Positions 24,912 through 38,130 of a stretch of 64,000 bases of DNA are shown here, in pieces. Origin of the DNA: Pelomyxa schiedti (taxonomy: Eukaryota; Protista; Evosea); assembly GCA_020536535.1 (NCBI GenBank), contig JAHLWZ010000183.1, forward strand, positions 1 to 64,000, in the 5' to 3' direction. Within the stretch, counting starts at the first letter, position 1. The number at the start of each line of letters is the position of its first letter. The notes under the pieces are model-generated. The model did not search any database. It saw only the letters and a program-made list of their open reading frames with translations, and had not been told where the DNA came from. The position numbers and the translations under genes are program-made.

Positions 24912-27328
24912 TTCATTTTCTTCACTATAAGCTCAATGCCACACAGAAAAGTTATAAATAGGCATACCGCCAAAGCTATAAAATTCTCCCCAGATAATTC
25001 TTTTGTTCTATGTGTTGCTGAAAATACAATAGTGCGTTCTCCCTTTCCATGTACCTCTAACCTGAAGTAGGACTGCCATGCTGTAGATGGTTCGTGGAAA
25101 GACGAATGCCGCCCACGCATGAAGGAAAAAGGTTGCGCCCTACTAGGAGCAGCCTGGACATCAACTGAGTACTTCGTTGCTATAACAACACACTCCGTCG
25201 AAATGTTTCAGGTGAAAGTCCCAAGAATAAAGCAAATAAAATCTTCAAGTGTCAGAGTCTCTTGGTTCTCTTACTGGGTAACTTAGATTCTTCTCTCTTT
25301 TTTTTTTTTTATCCTCACACACAAAAAAGAGTTCCGCGAAGTTACTTGTGGTGTGTGTGCTTAAGGATGGCTCTAGCCCCCAGCTCGATGTTTTTGACTT
25401 CAGTAGGAAGCCAGGTGATATTCCCAAGGCAAAACATTACGAGCTTGATGCTACACCCTTCAAATCTGATATAACAGTGGTCGAACTGTGCGAATCTTCT
25501 TTCACTTCCATTTACGACTTAAATTGCAAAGGTATAAAGAGATATACATTGTACATTTTATTGCACAATCAAGTGAGCTAGTACTTTATCTTCACGGCAT
25601 TCGTCCAAACAGTTCTAGTGGCTCCTCTTCTCCCTCACTGATGAGTTCTACAAGCAGTTCGGCAACAGGAACAACTTCTGCTGTTGGTGGATTGGCAAAG
25701 CGAATCAAACTAAGTTCTGCAAGTTCTACTACAATAAATGCTGAAAGTGCTGGGAAAGTGGTGTTACAAGTCTTTGATAACTTACTCTTAGTGAACGTTT
25801 GCAACACAAAGGTGTGGACTAAAAGTATTTTACACTGCTTAACTTCACACCTAAATAAGTTATCAATGATAGTCGATATACGATCCAATACGATCATTGT
25901 ATACCCGAAATCACTTCAGGGAACGGACAATGATGGAATGATTGACCCATGTGTGCACAAATTTTTCTCTGATTTGAGATTTTAATCTCACTTTCTTAGA
26001 TTCCAAGCCTTGCTCTTTTTTGCCGCCTAATTTTGTAATTGATACGCGCACAGGAAGTTGTTACCAAGTTGTGGTGAGTGTAAAATTGCATTACACAAAG
26101 CTGCACTTATCAATTCACACGAATCTCAACCTCAATGACCATCCACAGCCTACCTTCCTCCTCCTCTCTTAAGGTGAATTTAGAACAACTTGCGCAAGAC
26201 ATGGAAAGTAAGCTTGGCGCTGTTGACCTGCTACAAAGACGAACCCCTTCAATTGGAAGGCTTGTTTTGCTAAATGTTATCAAGGTACTTTTGCAACAAT
26301 GAGTTCATTTCTCAAGAGAAATTTTCAAGACAGGAATAATGTCAGGTAGACCACTCAAAGAACTTGCTGCCATTTTCTCCCATTTGTGTCGCATTCTAGC
26401 AGAGTACATTTTTCCTTGACTAGACTTTCCATTCACTTTCAATAGTCCGAAAATTTATGGTGCTCTACAACTTGCACATCGATCAAGTGACACGTACCAC
26501 CCCTCCTCCGATGTTTGACGCACCTCTAATAAATCAAAAGTGGTTCTGCACAGGAAGTTATAACCGACTCCGGCTATTTTGTAATAACACAACATGACAT
26601 ACACGCCTATGTCTTCACACCTTCAGAGGAAGCCAAGGTGAATCTACATTTACAATTTGTCCTTACCAACTGCAGCACGATAGCAAATACCTTATTGCTG
26701 TCTTCACGGAGTATATCAGAGCACTGTGCTATGCCAAATTGCATGTTGAGCCTTTTATGCATAGCAGGCTTATTCAACTGCTGGTCACCAGCTCCCGTTT
26801 TTACCAGCTTCACCAAGTTTGCTCCTTTTCTAGTTTCTCTTAGCGATTGATATACCATTCGGTAGCTATTGCAGTATCACGTAATCGGTGATAGTGCACA
26901 TGTTGCATGTTTGCTCTTGTCACTTGAGTCCAAGTATCCCCCCGCCTATCAGCTGGCCATTGACATGCTCAAGAGGCTGAATGAACATGCACAAATACTT
27001 GAAGTACTGCTTTCTACAAACCAGGTTTGCATTTCCTTTGTTTCTTGAGTGGTAACTTTGACAGGTTATTCCTGCCCTCAAATTCCTCCGGGCACACAAG
27101 CAGCTGGTGGGTCGCCCACTTCGGTTCTACGATGCTGCTGTGGCAAATGGCGACCCACTTGTGTTTCACACTGTCTATCAGTTCTTCGCACAAGGTAACA
27201 AGCTTACAGCCCCGGAAATGGAGAAATTCCAAACCAAATACCAACAACTATTTCTGTCCGACCCCAGCACAACAGCAGCAACAACAACCACATCCACAAC
27301 CGCAACCACCTCATCCTCGTCGCTGTAA
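24477..27328 (+). CDS. RMC1: Regulator of MON1-CCZ1 complex (RMC1/C18orf8, Mic1 domain)
   Basis: C-terminus KYLIAVFTEYIRAL...FYQLHQLLQYHVIGDSAHVACLLLSLESKYPPAYQLAIDMLKRL...EVLLSTNQVIPALKFLR...LVFHTVYQFFAQ matches the Mic1 domain as I recall it. Confidence 0.9.
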
Positions 27329-27530
27329 GTCACGACACATGACACCTAACTTAACCACCCAAACCAGAGGTTCTGGTGTGAAGGGATTTTTCGAAAATAA
27401 AAACCCTTTCATGCTATGCTTTTTGTTTACAAAGAAAAAGGCAGGAGTTTCTGCCCTTTGAATTTCTTTCAAAGTCAAACTAGTCGTAATTTGGGGTGTG
27501 TAAGTATTTCACAGTGAGGGTTGTAGTAGC

Positions 27531-29345
27531 TCAACTGTCTCCATCGTCTGAATCAGTTGGCAGTCCCCCAGCCCACAAGTCCCTGCTGCTGTCGCCATCA
27601 GGGTCAGAGGTAGTGGAAGTTCCGCGTGTTACAGCGGTTGTTGCTGCCGACGCTGCAGCGGTCGTTCCAGTGGTAGACGACGACGACGGGGCGGCTGTTG
27701 CGCCCCCGCTGGCGCCCAGGCCGCTGCCAGTGGTGTCGATGTCGGAGGAGTAGCGGTCGCACCTCTGGCGCCACCTTCGCAGCTTCCTCTGCGCGGTGGC
27801 GAGGGAGGGAAGCGACTTGGTGGCGTCGCCGTACTTGGTGAGCCACGGGTGCTCGAGGCTGTCCGCCGCGGTGAGCCTCTGGCTGGGTTTGAGCACAAGT
27901 AGCTGCGATATGAAGCTCTTGGCTTTTTGTGTTGTGTTTTGTTTGGTTTTGTATGTGTGTGTGTTGGGTGAGAGAGGGAGGAGAGATGGGGAGAGATTGG
28001 GAAGAAACGGTTAGAAGGGAGTGTGCAAAAGGAATGGAGATGTACCGTCGTCGGATATTTGTGTCCACTCTGGCTCTGGGAAATCAAAGGAGAGAGTTGA
28101 TATACGATGAAATAGTTCCTTGTGGTTATTTCCATAAAACGGGGTGAAGCCACACAATCTACATAAAAACGGAAAAAAGTTAGGATATCTCAAAAACAAA
28201 TTAATGTTACAATGTGTATGTGATCACTCCAATGGCCCACATATCTACAGCAGATGTGTAAGGTTTGCACCTAAGAATTTCTGGAGCTGCAGATAAAGTA
28301 TTACTTCGGGAAGATGTTGGTTATCTGCTATTTACCAACATAGTCTGGAGTTCCACAAACTGTTAGCATCTTTTCTCCTTGGTCAATTATCTTCGAGAGA
28401 CCTTCGAGAGTCAATGGCAACGAGGGGAAAAAGGATGAAACCGAAATCTGCTATTCTAATGTAAAGCTCTTCATCTTCTGAGCACAAAAGGTTTTCTGGC
28501 TTTTTTATTTTTGTCAAAAAATGGGATGGAATTCAGATATAACCTTCAAGTCGCGATGGCAGACTTTATTTTGATGCATGTAATTAACAGCACGCAAGAT
28601 CTGGGTAACAATAACGGCAGCGTCTGCTTCACTGTAATATCCTCGTGCCACAATCTTATCAAAGAGTTCCCCACCTCGCACTCTGTCTTACTTTGAGAAT
28701 ACGTTTCAGAATTTTATCACTCATACAGTTCCACGACAAGGTCAACATAAGTGGGAGTCTCAAAGCAATCCAGAAGTTGAACAATATTTTCGTGTTGGAG
28801 TTTTCGCATTACCTCCACTTCAATATACAACTTTTTGAGAACCTCTGGCTTGATTAGACTCTTGTTTATCCTTTTCACAGCCACAGCCTGCTTAGTTTTA
28901 AGATGGACTGCTTCATAAACAATTGAAGATGCACCCCTTTAGCATAAAAGTGAGTGAGTTTATGACACCCCAAGCCAAACAAAAAAAAAAAAAAAAGGGA
29001 GGGAGGAAAAAAAAACCTGCCAAGTTCTTTTCCAATTATGTACTCTGCTTCCAAACGTCTGTTTGGGTCCACTTTCTTTGCCTTTGGTGACTTGGCTGGC
29101 TTCTTCCCATGAGTAGAAACCGGCGGCGTCACCGGCACACTAGTAGAAGCCAAAGCAGACGTCGGAGAAGATGAGGACGAAGACGCTGAGGTCGATGACG
29201 AGGAAGAGGAAGAAGATGACGACGACGCAGTCGAGTGTGATGACGACGAAGAAGAAGCAGAAGCAGAAGAAGAAGAGGGGGAAGATGGAGGAGAAGGCTC
29301 GGCGTCCTTCTTCTTTTTGGACGAACTTTTAAAGAGGAACGCCAT
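27531..29345 (-). CDS. CAMK1/MLCK-A-like Ser/Thr kinase with Ser-rich N-terminus
   Basis: [118 protein letters not shown]. Confidence 0.92.
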
Positions 29346-29821
29346 TGGCGAATTGTGGGAGGGCCGGAGCGGAGGCGCCTGATGCTGTGTGGAGAGTGTT
29401 GGTGTACTTGGCGGTTATTGAGAACCAATGAAGTGGGGCGAGAGGAGAGTTATGGGTGTTTTTTTGGGGTCTTGTGGGGATTGGGGGAGAAAAAAAAAAA
29501 GTTGGGTTGTGGGCGATAACGATGGCGATATCGATCACTCGTTGTGTTGATGAAGTTGAATTTTTTTTAATTTACAGGAATGTGAGCACATCCACAACAA
29601 CATTGTGAAGAGTCAACTGGCAGGTGTTTCCAAGAGGAGTTCTTCTCGTGTGAATGAGACAATCTGGAACAGCTACACTTGGAGTCTTGATTCCTTGTTC
29701 TTACTTGCATGTTGATGGCAGTGAAAATGGAAATTTCCCGGGACGGACCGATTTATAGGAACTGCACGAGCAAAAGGAAGGCTATTCGATTTTAAATTCA
29801 AAAAGTTTCCAGGGCAGCAAC

Positions 29822-30980
29822 ATGGCAGCACAGACAGTGGTTATCCCTGAGACTGCGGTTGAGGATGCCCAGAAATTTCACACATGGTTGCATGGTGTGC
29901 ATTGTTTGGCTCCATTCCACTACTAACACTGCCTTCTCCACTAACAAAAACCAAAAAGGGAACCCAGGGTCAGAGTGTGCACAGGCGAACCTTTTTGCTT
30001 CCCGGCCCAGGGCGCACATGCAGTTGGTGGCCATGTCTTACAATCAGCAATTTGGACACACACTTGAGAGTGAATTGCGTGGTTGTCCAGCATTCAACGG
30101 CTGTATGGCTGCATTATGTAAGCTTCCCCTCATCGAGACTGTTCCAATGTTAAGAAAAATGACTAGGTAAGGCGCATGGGGAGTTCCTTGCAGATACAAT
30201 TCACGAAGCAGTGCACGGTCGTGGCGCCAATGAGGCATTTATTGATGTACTCACTCAAATTTCCAGTGAAGAATTGGCAGAGCTGAAGGAAGTTCGTGAA
30301 AAATGTGCCCCTCCTAGGGTTCTCATATCCTTTCATTTAGGCATGGACCAGAAAGTATAACAGCACCTTGGAGGGAGTCGTTGCTGGCGAGACCACTGGT
30401 GACTTCCAGAAAACTTTGCTGGAACTCCTCAAAGTGGGTAGTGGGAGCTCTGTATCGCATTCTTCTCACAGAAGGTACTTATTAGGGTACCAGAATGCCG
30501 CCAGGAACAGTTGACGAATCCAAGATAGAGGCACAGGCACAGAGGCTATTTGCGGCCGGTGAAGGCCGTCTTGGAACCGATGAGGATGCATTCATCGATA
30601 TTCTGACACACAGCTCCGCCGCCCACGTCCAGGCAGTGTCCAAGTTCTATTACAAGACGTACAACCACCATTCGATACAGACTGCAGTCAAGAAGGAAAC
30701 AAGTGGCGATTTCCAGCGGTGCTTGCTTGCTCTGTGTGTCCCAAGGGACTTTTACACGGCCGAGCGCATTCACCATGCCATCCAAAGTTCCACCCCACCA
30801 AAAGAGGCAGACGACGCTCTCTTCATACGGTTGTTCTGCATGAATGACCACAAGACTCTGGGGCAGGCGGTGGTACTGTACATGGGAGTGAACGCCGAAA
30901 GGGTGGAGAATGCACTAACTCGAGTATACCCCATGGGCTCTGTCTCTGTCCTGCTGATGAAACTGGTGACCAGAACCTAA
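29822..30980 (+). CDS. Annexin
   Basis: Annexin repeats: IHEAVHGRGANEAFIDVLT, AGETTGDFQKTLL, LFAAGEGRLGTDEDAFIDILT, VKKETSGDFQRCLLAL. Confidence 0.9.
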
Positions 30981-31078
30981 AAAACTATCCAAAAAAAAAA
31001 AAAAGCAGCCAATTCCCCCCTGGATGGTGTTGGTTTTTTCATCACTTTTGTTGTTTGATTGCAAAGATCCGGAATACG

Positions 31079-33814
31079 ATGGCCAGCAACGGGAGCAAGC
31101 GGGCCAGGGTTTTGCCTGCGTCGTTGTTGCCTCCTCCTCTTCCTCCTCCTTCACAAATCGCGCCCCCACTCCAGCCTCCCGGTCCTGCTGCTGTTGTCGC
31201 CCCTGCTCCACCTCCCCAGGCTCCCCCCCCAGTCCCCGTCCTCCCCCTCCCCGCCCCAGCCTCCTCCTCCTCCTCTCCTCCCTCGCTCCCCTCCTCTTCA
31301 CCCACACTCTCCTCGCCTCTTTTCCCACCACCACCAACAGCAACAGCAGCAGCAACACCGCCGCGACTACGACTATGACGAGGACGCTGACTTGGAGCTG
31401 GCGCTGGCCCTCTCGCTCTCCGCGGCCCAGGCGGCTCCCCCTCCTCGTGCGCCCCCCCGCTCCTCGACTGGTGGCTGTGCTTGCTGTGATTCCGCAGCCG
31501 CCGCCGCCGCCGCCACCACGACGTCGAGTGCCGTTGGCGCCCACAGTCCTGGACTCGGTTGTGAAGACGGGAACGCGAACCGCGAAGAGGACGAGGAAGA
31601 CGAGGACGACGACGACGTTGTTGTTGTTGTTGTTGGTCACAAACGGCCTCACAGCCCGACCGTCTCCCATAAGTCTGCATGGGGCTCTGCGTCCAAGGGC
31701 ACGGCGGCCAGTGATTCCTCCGCTGTTTTCACGACTTCTAGCACAATGACGAATGTGACGAAGACGGAAACGCCAACAACAAAAGCTACACATCCAGAAA
31801 CAACAAATGACAAAGCAACCGAAAACGCAACGAGCAAAATCAAAAACACAATAACGAACGCAAATACACATACAAAAGCAAATGCAAGTGGAATTTTGCC
31901 AATGAGCTCTACTCAGAATCATCACACTTGCACTTGCTATGAGAATATCACTTCAAATGCTGATTCTGATATTTACTACCTCAACTACTTGCCTGGTTTT
32001 TCAGAGTCAGCGATATGCAATAGGCGCACACTGTCAATCAATGACATAGTGAAGGTTTTGCCGCAAAAAGTCTGAGATTGAACCCACATGCTTATTCCCT
32101 TAGAAAGATGCACGCATCTGCTTGCTCACCACATATGAACTCGACTTAGGCTGGCTCTTTAAGCGCCTTCCATGGCTTCCTGGAATTCCCACAACCATTG
32201 TGCATGGCAACGTCCAGCTTGCAAAAGAAAACCTAAGGCTGCCACCACTCATTAAGTTGATCTTGCCAAGGCTTCCCCTTCCCTATGGTATCCACCATGG
32301 GTATGCACTATAATTCATAATTCTTATAACAGTCCCCTAATATCCACTCGAGAAAGCTGTTCATTGTGTACTATGACGGTACGCAACACATCACCGTTCT
32401 ATGCTTAAAAACAAGCAGATTTCGTTCGAGTGTGTGTCAGTACAGCAAACTTGATTGATATTGACTACAACAGAAAAACACAAGTAATCACCCTTTTCAC
32501 TTCCATCATCCAACGAGGAACAGGCACTTTGGGTACAAGATTTTCCGAGGAAGGCTCATCCTCAACCTTCCAAGGACTGCGACTTCGAAAATACTTTAGT
32601 TGACTATGTTAAACGCCTCTCTGTCAACCCTGACCCTCTTTTTGGCTTTGACTTTTCAACTGCTTCAGCCATTCTCATTCCATGTGTACCAGTGAGCTAC
32701 TGTTTCTTTTTTTACTTCCACACCATCTCACCTCGCTTCACTTAGGGCATTCACACTGGCGATTCTATTCACAGATATGGCCACATGAAAATTCGAAAGT
32801 ATATTCTCACGTAATTTGCCACAACATTCACTAATGTTTAGAATTTTGGCTTCCACTGCTATCCCTGAAAGGTTTGCATCGTCTCCAGTACTCTGTCAGG
32901 TAGGCGTTTTCATGCGGATGGCCTTTAATATGTTCATCCAGTTTTCCAGCTTGGGCTCTTTGAATCAAAAATGGGTCACGGAATTCCATACAAGCTTTAG
33001 TTCTGGTTTGTTTGCACCACCAAGAAAGCCATCTGTCTCCAGTGGTCCTTTAGGAAATCGAGTTCGCTTGATCTGGCCAACTGTGGAATTTGTCCGAAAT
33101 TCCATAGATGGTATACAACTCTTAATGGCGTCTAAAGTAATCTAATATTCAGGTTATGATAGTGGAGGTAGTTTATGCCTGGCCAACAAGAATATCAAGG
33201 TACAAGGATGAATTTCATCTGTCTTCTTACATCCCAAGGAATTTTTTATTACGAATGAAATGCTGTACAAGTATGAACCACCTCAGGGCTTGGGACGAGA
33301 AGCCGTGCCACCTCATATCAAGGTGGCACCTTGTCCGTGAATGAAACTTAAACTGGACTAACACCGCGTTTTAGACATACACCCGCGTACATGTAGAGGA
33401 TGGAAGTGCTGCTTGGGTGGTTTGGCTTCCCCACACACTACCAGTTCTAACTCCCTTCAGGTTGTTACCAGTGCCAACATGAGTTCTGCCGCCTGGGGGT
33501 GCCTACAGAAAAACGGTACCCAGCTGCTCATACGCCACTACGAACTAGGCGTCCTATGCCTTCCCCAATCTCCCCACAAGTTCTTCCGCATCACCACACC
33601 AACCAATATCAACACCAACGCCAGCACAAGCACCACCACCAGCCCAACCACCCCCACCACCGCAACCACCACAACAACCAATGACCCACCTAGCATACCT
33701 CTTCCCTACGGCATTCCGCTCGGCAAATACACACACAAGGACCACCCCTGGGTGTGGGACATACCCCACACACAGCCTGATATCCGGGGCCTAACGTGGC
33801 CGCCAAAGTTCTGA
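31079..33814 (+). CDS. TDP1: Tyrosyl-DNA phosphodiesterase 1 with N-terminal UIM
   Basis: Two HxK motifs (YGIHHGKL; VPPHIKTY), VSTANLIDID, QFSSLGSL, LIWPTVEFVRNSIDG, SANMSSAAWG, IRHYELGVL, PLPY, PWVWDIPH. UIM DEDADLELALALSLS. Confidence 0.92.
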
Positions 33815-33943
33815 ACAGAAGCCCACACCCCGCCTCTTCTCTTCGTGGTTTTTTTTTTTCGTTCGGTATTTTTTCTTCGCCAAGCGGGGAGATTCACGGA
33901 AGACCTATCAAAAACCAAACAAAAGACCCTACCCGTCAACGAC

Positions 33944-35883
33944 ATGACGAGCCCTGAAAAGTTTGGTCCCTCGACTGAACTTTACACGTGGGGGTGCGCA
34001 GAGCACGGCCAACTTGGCCGCGGGAAGCAAGTTGTTTTTACTAGTTTATTGTGGGCTTTTTTTTTTTTGTCTAAGGTTTTTTTTTTTGTTTCTTTTTGAA
34101 ACAAAAAAAAGGAAGGGAAACAACCTGTTCCAAAACCAGTGGAAGCACTGTTTCCTTTTAAGGTGGAGGATGTGGCTTGTGGTGGAAGGTGAGTCTTACT
34201 TGTACAAAATAATATAGAGAAGATAGTTCCAAACACTTATAAGTAAAGCCACACTGCTGCCCTGTGCAATAAACAACTTATGACATGGGGTGGAATTCAT
34301 TCATCACCAAGGCCTCGGTGGCTGGTTAACGCAAGAACCTATTCTAAATTGTATGTTTTCATTGGAATCTTCAGTGCTCATAGTGGCAACAAATAGTGTA
34401 AGTTGCAGTGCCTTGTCTACATGGTTGGATTCAACTTATTCGGTAATGTATTGGGATTTGGAGACATCAACGGAAACCAATCCTTCAACTGCCATAACCA
34501 CCTCATTGACATACCCAAAGTGGGTGTCTCCCCCAAGCAGCCGTATGTCCTTTTTTTAAAAAAAAACAAGGAACTTCCCAAAATAAGGCGGCAGAGTCAA
34601 TGGACTGTCTTGTGGAAGTCTTCATACTTTGGCAATTTATGACACAGCTCTGTATTCTCTGGGCTCCAATGATAAGGGTCAGCTTGGTGTCGGAGATACA
34701 ACTGACAGGCACCCTTTTTGTACTGCATGAGACAAAACTCAGATAACACAAGGACAACTATTACTCTGTGTAAATTCGACTCTGATGTAGTTATTTCCCT
34801 GGCTGCAGGAGGGGGGAAGCATAGTGCAGCTCTCACAAAGGACGGGAATCTGTATACATGGGGTTGTGGATCGATGGGTCAGCTTGGTATCTAAACTTTC
34901 CCATTTATTTTGAAAATCTAAACCTCCCTGAGGGCATGGAGATGTGGTATGTACTTTTTTCTGATTAACATAGAAGCGAAGTCCCTAATCTTGGTTCAAG
35001 TCTTCTACACTTATCCCTGTGCAAGTTGAATACTTTTCTGCATCCAGCCTGAAAGTTACCCGAGTTGCTTGTGGTGATAATCATACAGTTGTTATAACTG
35101 AGGCTGGAAAACTGTATACTTTTGGGGATAATAGATCGGGACAGCTAGGACTTGGGGACAACATCACACGAAATGTTCCCACGTTAGTAAATGCTCTTCA
35201 AGCTAGTAGAGTTACTCAGATCGCTGCTGGAGGTGCATATGGGCATGGACACACATTAGCAGTAGTTGAACCTTCTGTACTATATAGCTGGGGCGCAAAC
35301 TCTTATGGACAACTTGGTCTGGGAGATTTTGAAAATAGGAACCTTCCTTGTGTAGTTCCATTGGAAGGTAGGAATATTTTGAAGATTTCTTGTGGATGGC
35401 TTTCATCTGCCTGCATCCTTCCTGCTTCATCGCATACTACTGTTATATCTCCATCTGATACCGACTCAAATGTCATAGGTACCGTGCACCTCAATTTCCC
35501 GGCTAACTCCATTAGGTGCCTTTAGTTTCCTACCAGCTGATGTAATGCAGTATGCTGCCATTCACACCCTCATTCTCGTTAATCTATTGCAGCCAGATTA
35601 TGTGTTATTTAGATGCAGAAGCACTAGCAAAGTTTTCCATGTCTTGTCGCACACTCTATAGCATTTGTTCGGACAACGATTTATGGAGGTCACTCTTTGA
35701 GGTGGCTTATTTCCAACAACACATACAAAGCAATATTCCTCTGCTTTCTAAGTACAATTACGGCCTTTCGTCTCTTTGGATAATGCAACCCACAGTTGTG
35801 GTGGAAACTGGAGGAAGCTGTATTCTTTAGCTCATGAAAAACCTGTTACTTTTGGTAGTTGCGTTTGCTCCAAGTTGTTCTAG
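33944..35883 (+). CDS. RCC1-repeat protein with C-terminal F-box
   Basis: Several RCC1 repeats (LYTWGCAEHGQLG, VACGDNHTVVITEAGKLYTFGDNRSGQLG, LYSWGANSYGQLG), then IMCYLDAEALAKFSMSCRTLYSICSDNDLWRSL. Confidence 0.85.
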
Positions 35884-35972
35884 TAAAACCGTTATAATTC
35901 TCTCATTGGCAATGTAGGTCAGCACATGAGCTGCTGACAGCAGCTCGTACAAATGATTCCTCGATTTTTTCA

Positions 35973-36944
35973 ATGGTATCAAAGGCTTTCTCTTGGATGT
36001 CAAAACCAAAACTTCCCACAAAAACGAACATTCTTCTGAATGGCCTAGATGCTGCTGGTATGTTCATACAATCCCTACCTTTTTTGGGGCACTTACTTTT
36101 GTGTCTAGGAAAGACGACTATGTTGTACAAGATGAAACTTGGTGAAGTCGTAACAACGATTCCCACTATTGGCTTCAGTGAGTACAACCCACATTCTCGA
36201 GTCATTCTTTACCGTTTCGTTTCTTACAAGATGTGGAGACAGTTGATTACAAAGATATACACTTTATTGTGTGGGTATGTTTTTCTTGAATAAACAATAT
36301 TACACTAAGAAATGGTAGGATGTTGGAGGAGGTTTGCCCATTCCCTGTTTCACTCATTTGCCCCCTTTTTTTTTAACCTTTTGCAGAGGACAAGATACGG
36401 CCATTGTGGGCACATTGTAAGTCAACCCACTTGTTCCATCACAAAATAACAACAACACAGACTACACTGGGTCATCTGCCATAATTTTTATGGTGGATGC
36501 CTATGACAGGTACCGCATTGAAGAAGCCCGTGACGAACTTCTCAAGGTGTGCAAACCTCAAGCTTTCCCGTTTCATTCTCATTTTCATTCAGTTGGCCCA
36601 GGAGCCAATGTTGGCTGGCTTACCAATTTTGGTTTATGGTATTTCTTCCCTCAACCGATTCATTCTATCTTCTTTCTTCCCTTCCTCTTTCCTATTTTCA
36701 TTCTTCCTTCCACCCATAATGCTTACCCAACTGCCTAACTGACTGCCTTATTACAGCTAACAAGCAAGATCTTCCATCCGCATGGTCCGGCGCCGAGGTA
36801 GCGACCAGAATGGGACTCACGAAGCTCACTCTGTACTCACACCCAATCTGGTACTGCCAACCGTGTTGCGCCACATCTGGCGATGGTATTTATGAAGGCC
36901 TGGACTGGTTAGTAACCACAGAACAACAACTAAGGAGATCTTGA
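35973..36944 (+). CDS. Arf-family GTPase (divergent)
   Basis: [33 protein letters not shown]...[13 protein letters not shown]...[16 protein letters not shown]...ANKQDL...[15 protein letters not shown]. Confidence 0.9.
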
Positions 36945-37019
36945 GTGCCCTTTTTCTTGGTGTTTGGCGAGGCAGAAAAGATAAAAACAAGTTGGGAGGG
37001 TAAGCTTTGTCTTGTACTT

Positions 37020-37965
37020 TTAAGGTGAATCAGGGTAAGGACAAGAGAGGGACTTGCCATTGTCGGCCGTGGTGAGGGACAATATGTACGGCACAGCGCG
37101 CTTGACCCACACCTCGGGAGTCCAAAAGTCAGAAGCGTGGGCTCCGAATGCGGCGGCGCAGGTGTCCAGGAGTGCAGTGTTGACGATCCCGGGGTTCAGG
37201 GCCACGCAGGCTATTCGCGAAGCGCCGCCGGTCGCTGTGGTGAGCTCCGCCGCGGCCGCGCGCGTCATGGCTTCCACTGCGAACTTGCTCATGCAGTAGG
37301 GTCCCACGAGGGCGTCGACGCTGCGCCCCCATTCGCTGGAGAAGTTGGCGATGAGCCCTTGCTTACCGCTCTGCAGCATGATGGGAATGAATGCCCGCAT
37401 CACATTGTGCACACCTTTTGGGAATGTATGATGGTTGTTTTTTTTTTTTTTTGTTAGATACAGTGATATATGTAGTTAGATACAACCGTACGTTTTTGTT
37501 TTGTTTAACAATTAGGAGTTAGTGAAGATAAAAAAAAAAAAAAAAAAAAAATAGTCAGACCTGCAACATTGACTTTGTATATCTTGTCCAACTCCTCAGG
37601 TGTGATTTCCCACATTGGGGCCAGCCTGTTGCCCACAGCAGCGTTGCTCAGCACCACGTCCGGGGCGCCAACTTGGCTCGCCCACCGCAGCACCGCCGCC
37701 GGGTCGGTCACGTCCACGACCGAGCACGACGACCTGGGGCTCGTTGCCCTCATCTCCCCACTAAGCGATTCCACTGCCTTTGGGTCCCTGTGTGGCCATA
37801 CATCCCATAAGACAAGGGAGGAAAAAAAAAACCCAACAACCCACAGGGGAAGCAGAGTACTAACCTCCCACAAGTAGCTACCACGTGGCCGAGGGACATC
37901 AACTCGCGGGCCATGGCGAGGCCCAGCCCACGCGTCCCTCCAGTGATGACAATAAGCCTGCTCAT
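37020..37965 (-). CDS. Short-chain dehydrogenase/reductase resembling NADPH-dependent pterin aldehyde reductase
   Basis: ITGGTRGLG, PDVVLSNAA, MWEITPEELDKIYKVNVAGVHNVMRAFIP, NFSSEWGRS..ALVGPYCMSKFAVE (YxxxK), VALNPGIVNTALL, ILSLTTADNGKSL. Confidence 0.85.
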
Positions 37966-38130
37966 CAAATCGCTGAAATCTCACTTTGCCAATACAAAAT
38001 TGATACACAACATGCCCAAGGGGAAAAAAATACGTGCTGTGGAATGTGTTTTCTTTTCTTTTTTTACATATTTGGTGTTATTTGGGGATGTTGTTAGAAC
38101 TCATCCTGATATTACACGGATATTGAAAAG

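Noticed and set aside
34720-34742. Possible 23-nt GT-AG mini-intron in the RCC1/F-box gene
   Set aside because: The 44-nt GC-AG intron gives the canonical RCC1 text GDTTDRTT and fits the local intron size range better.
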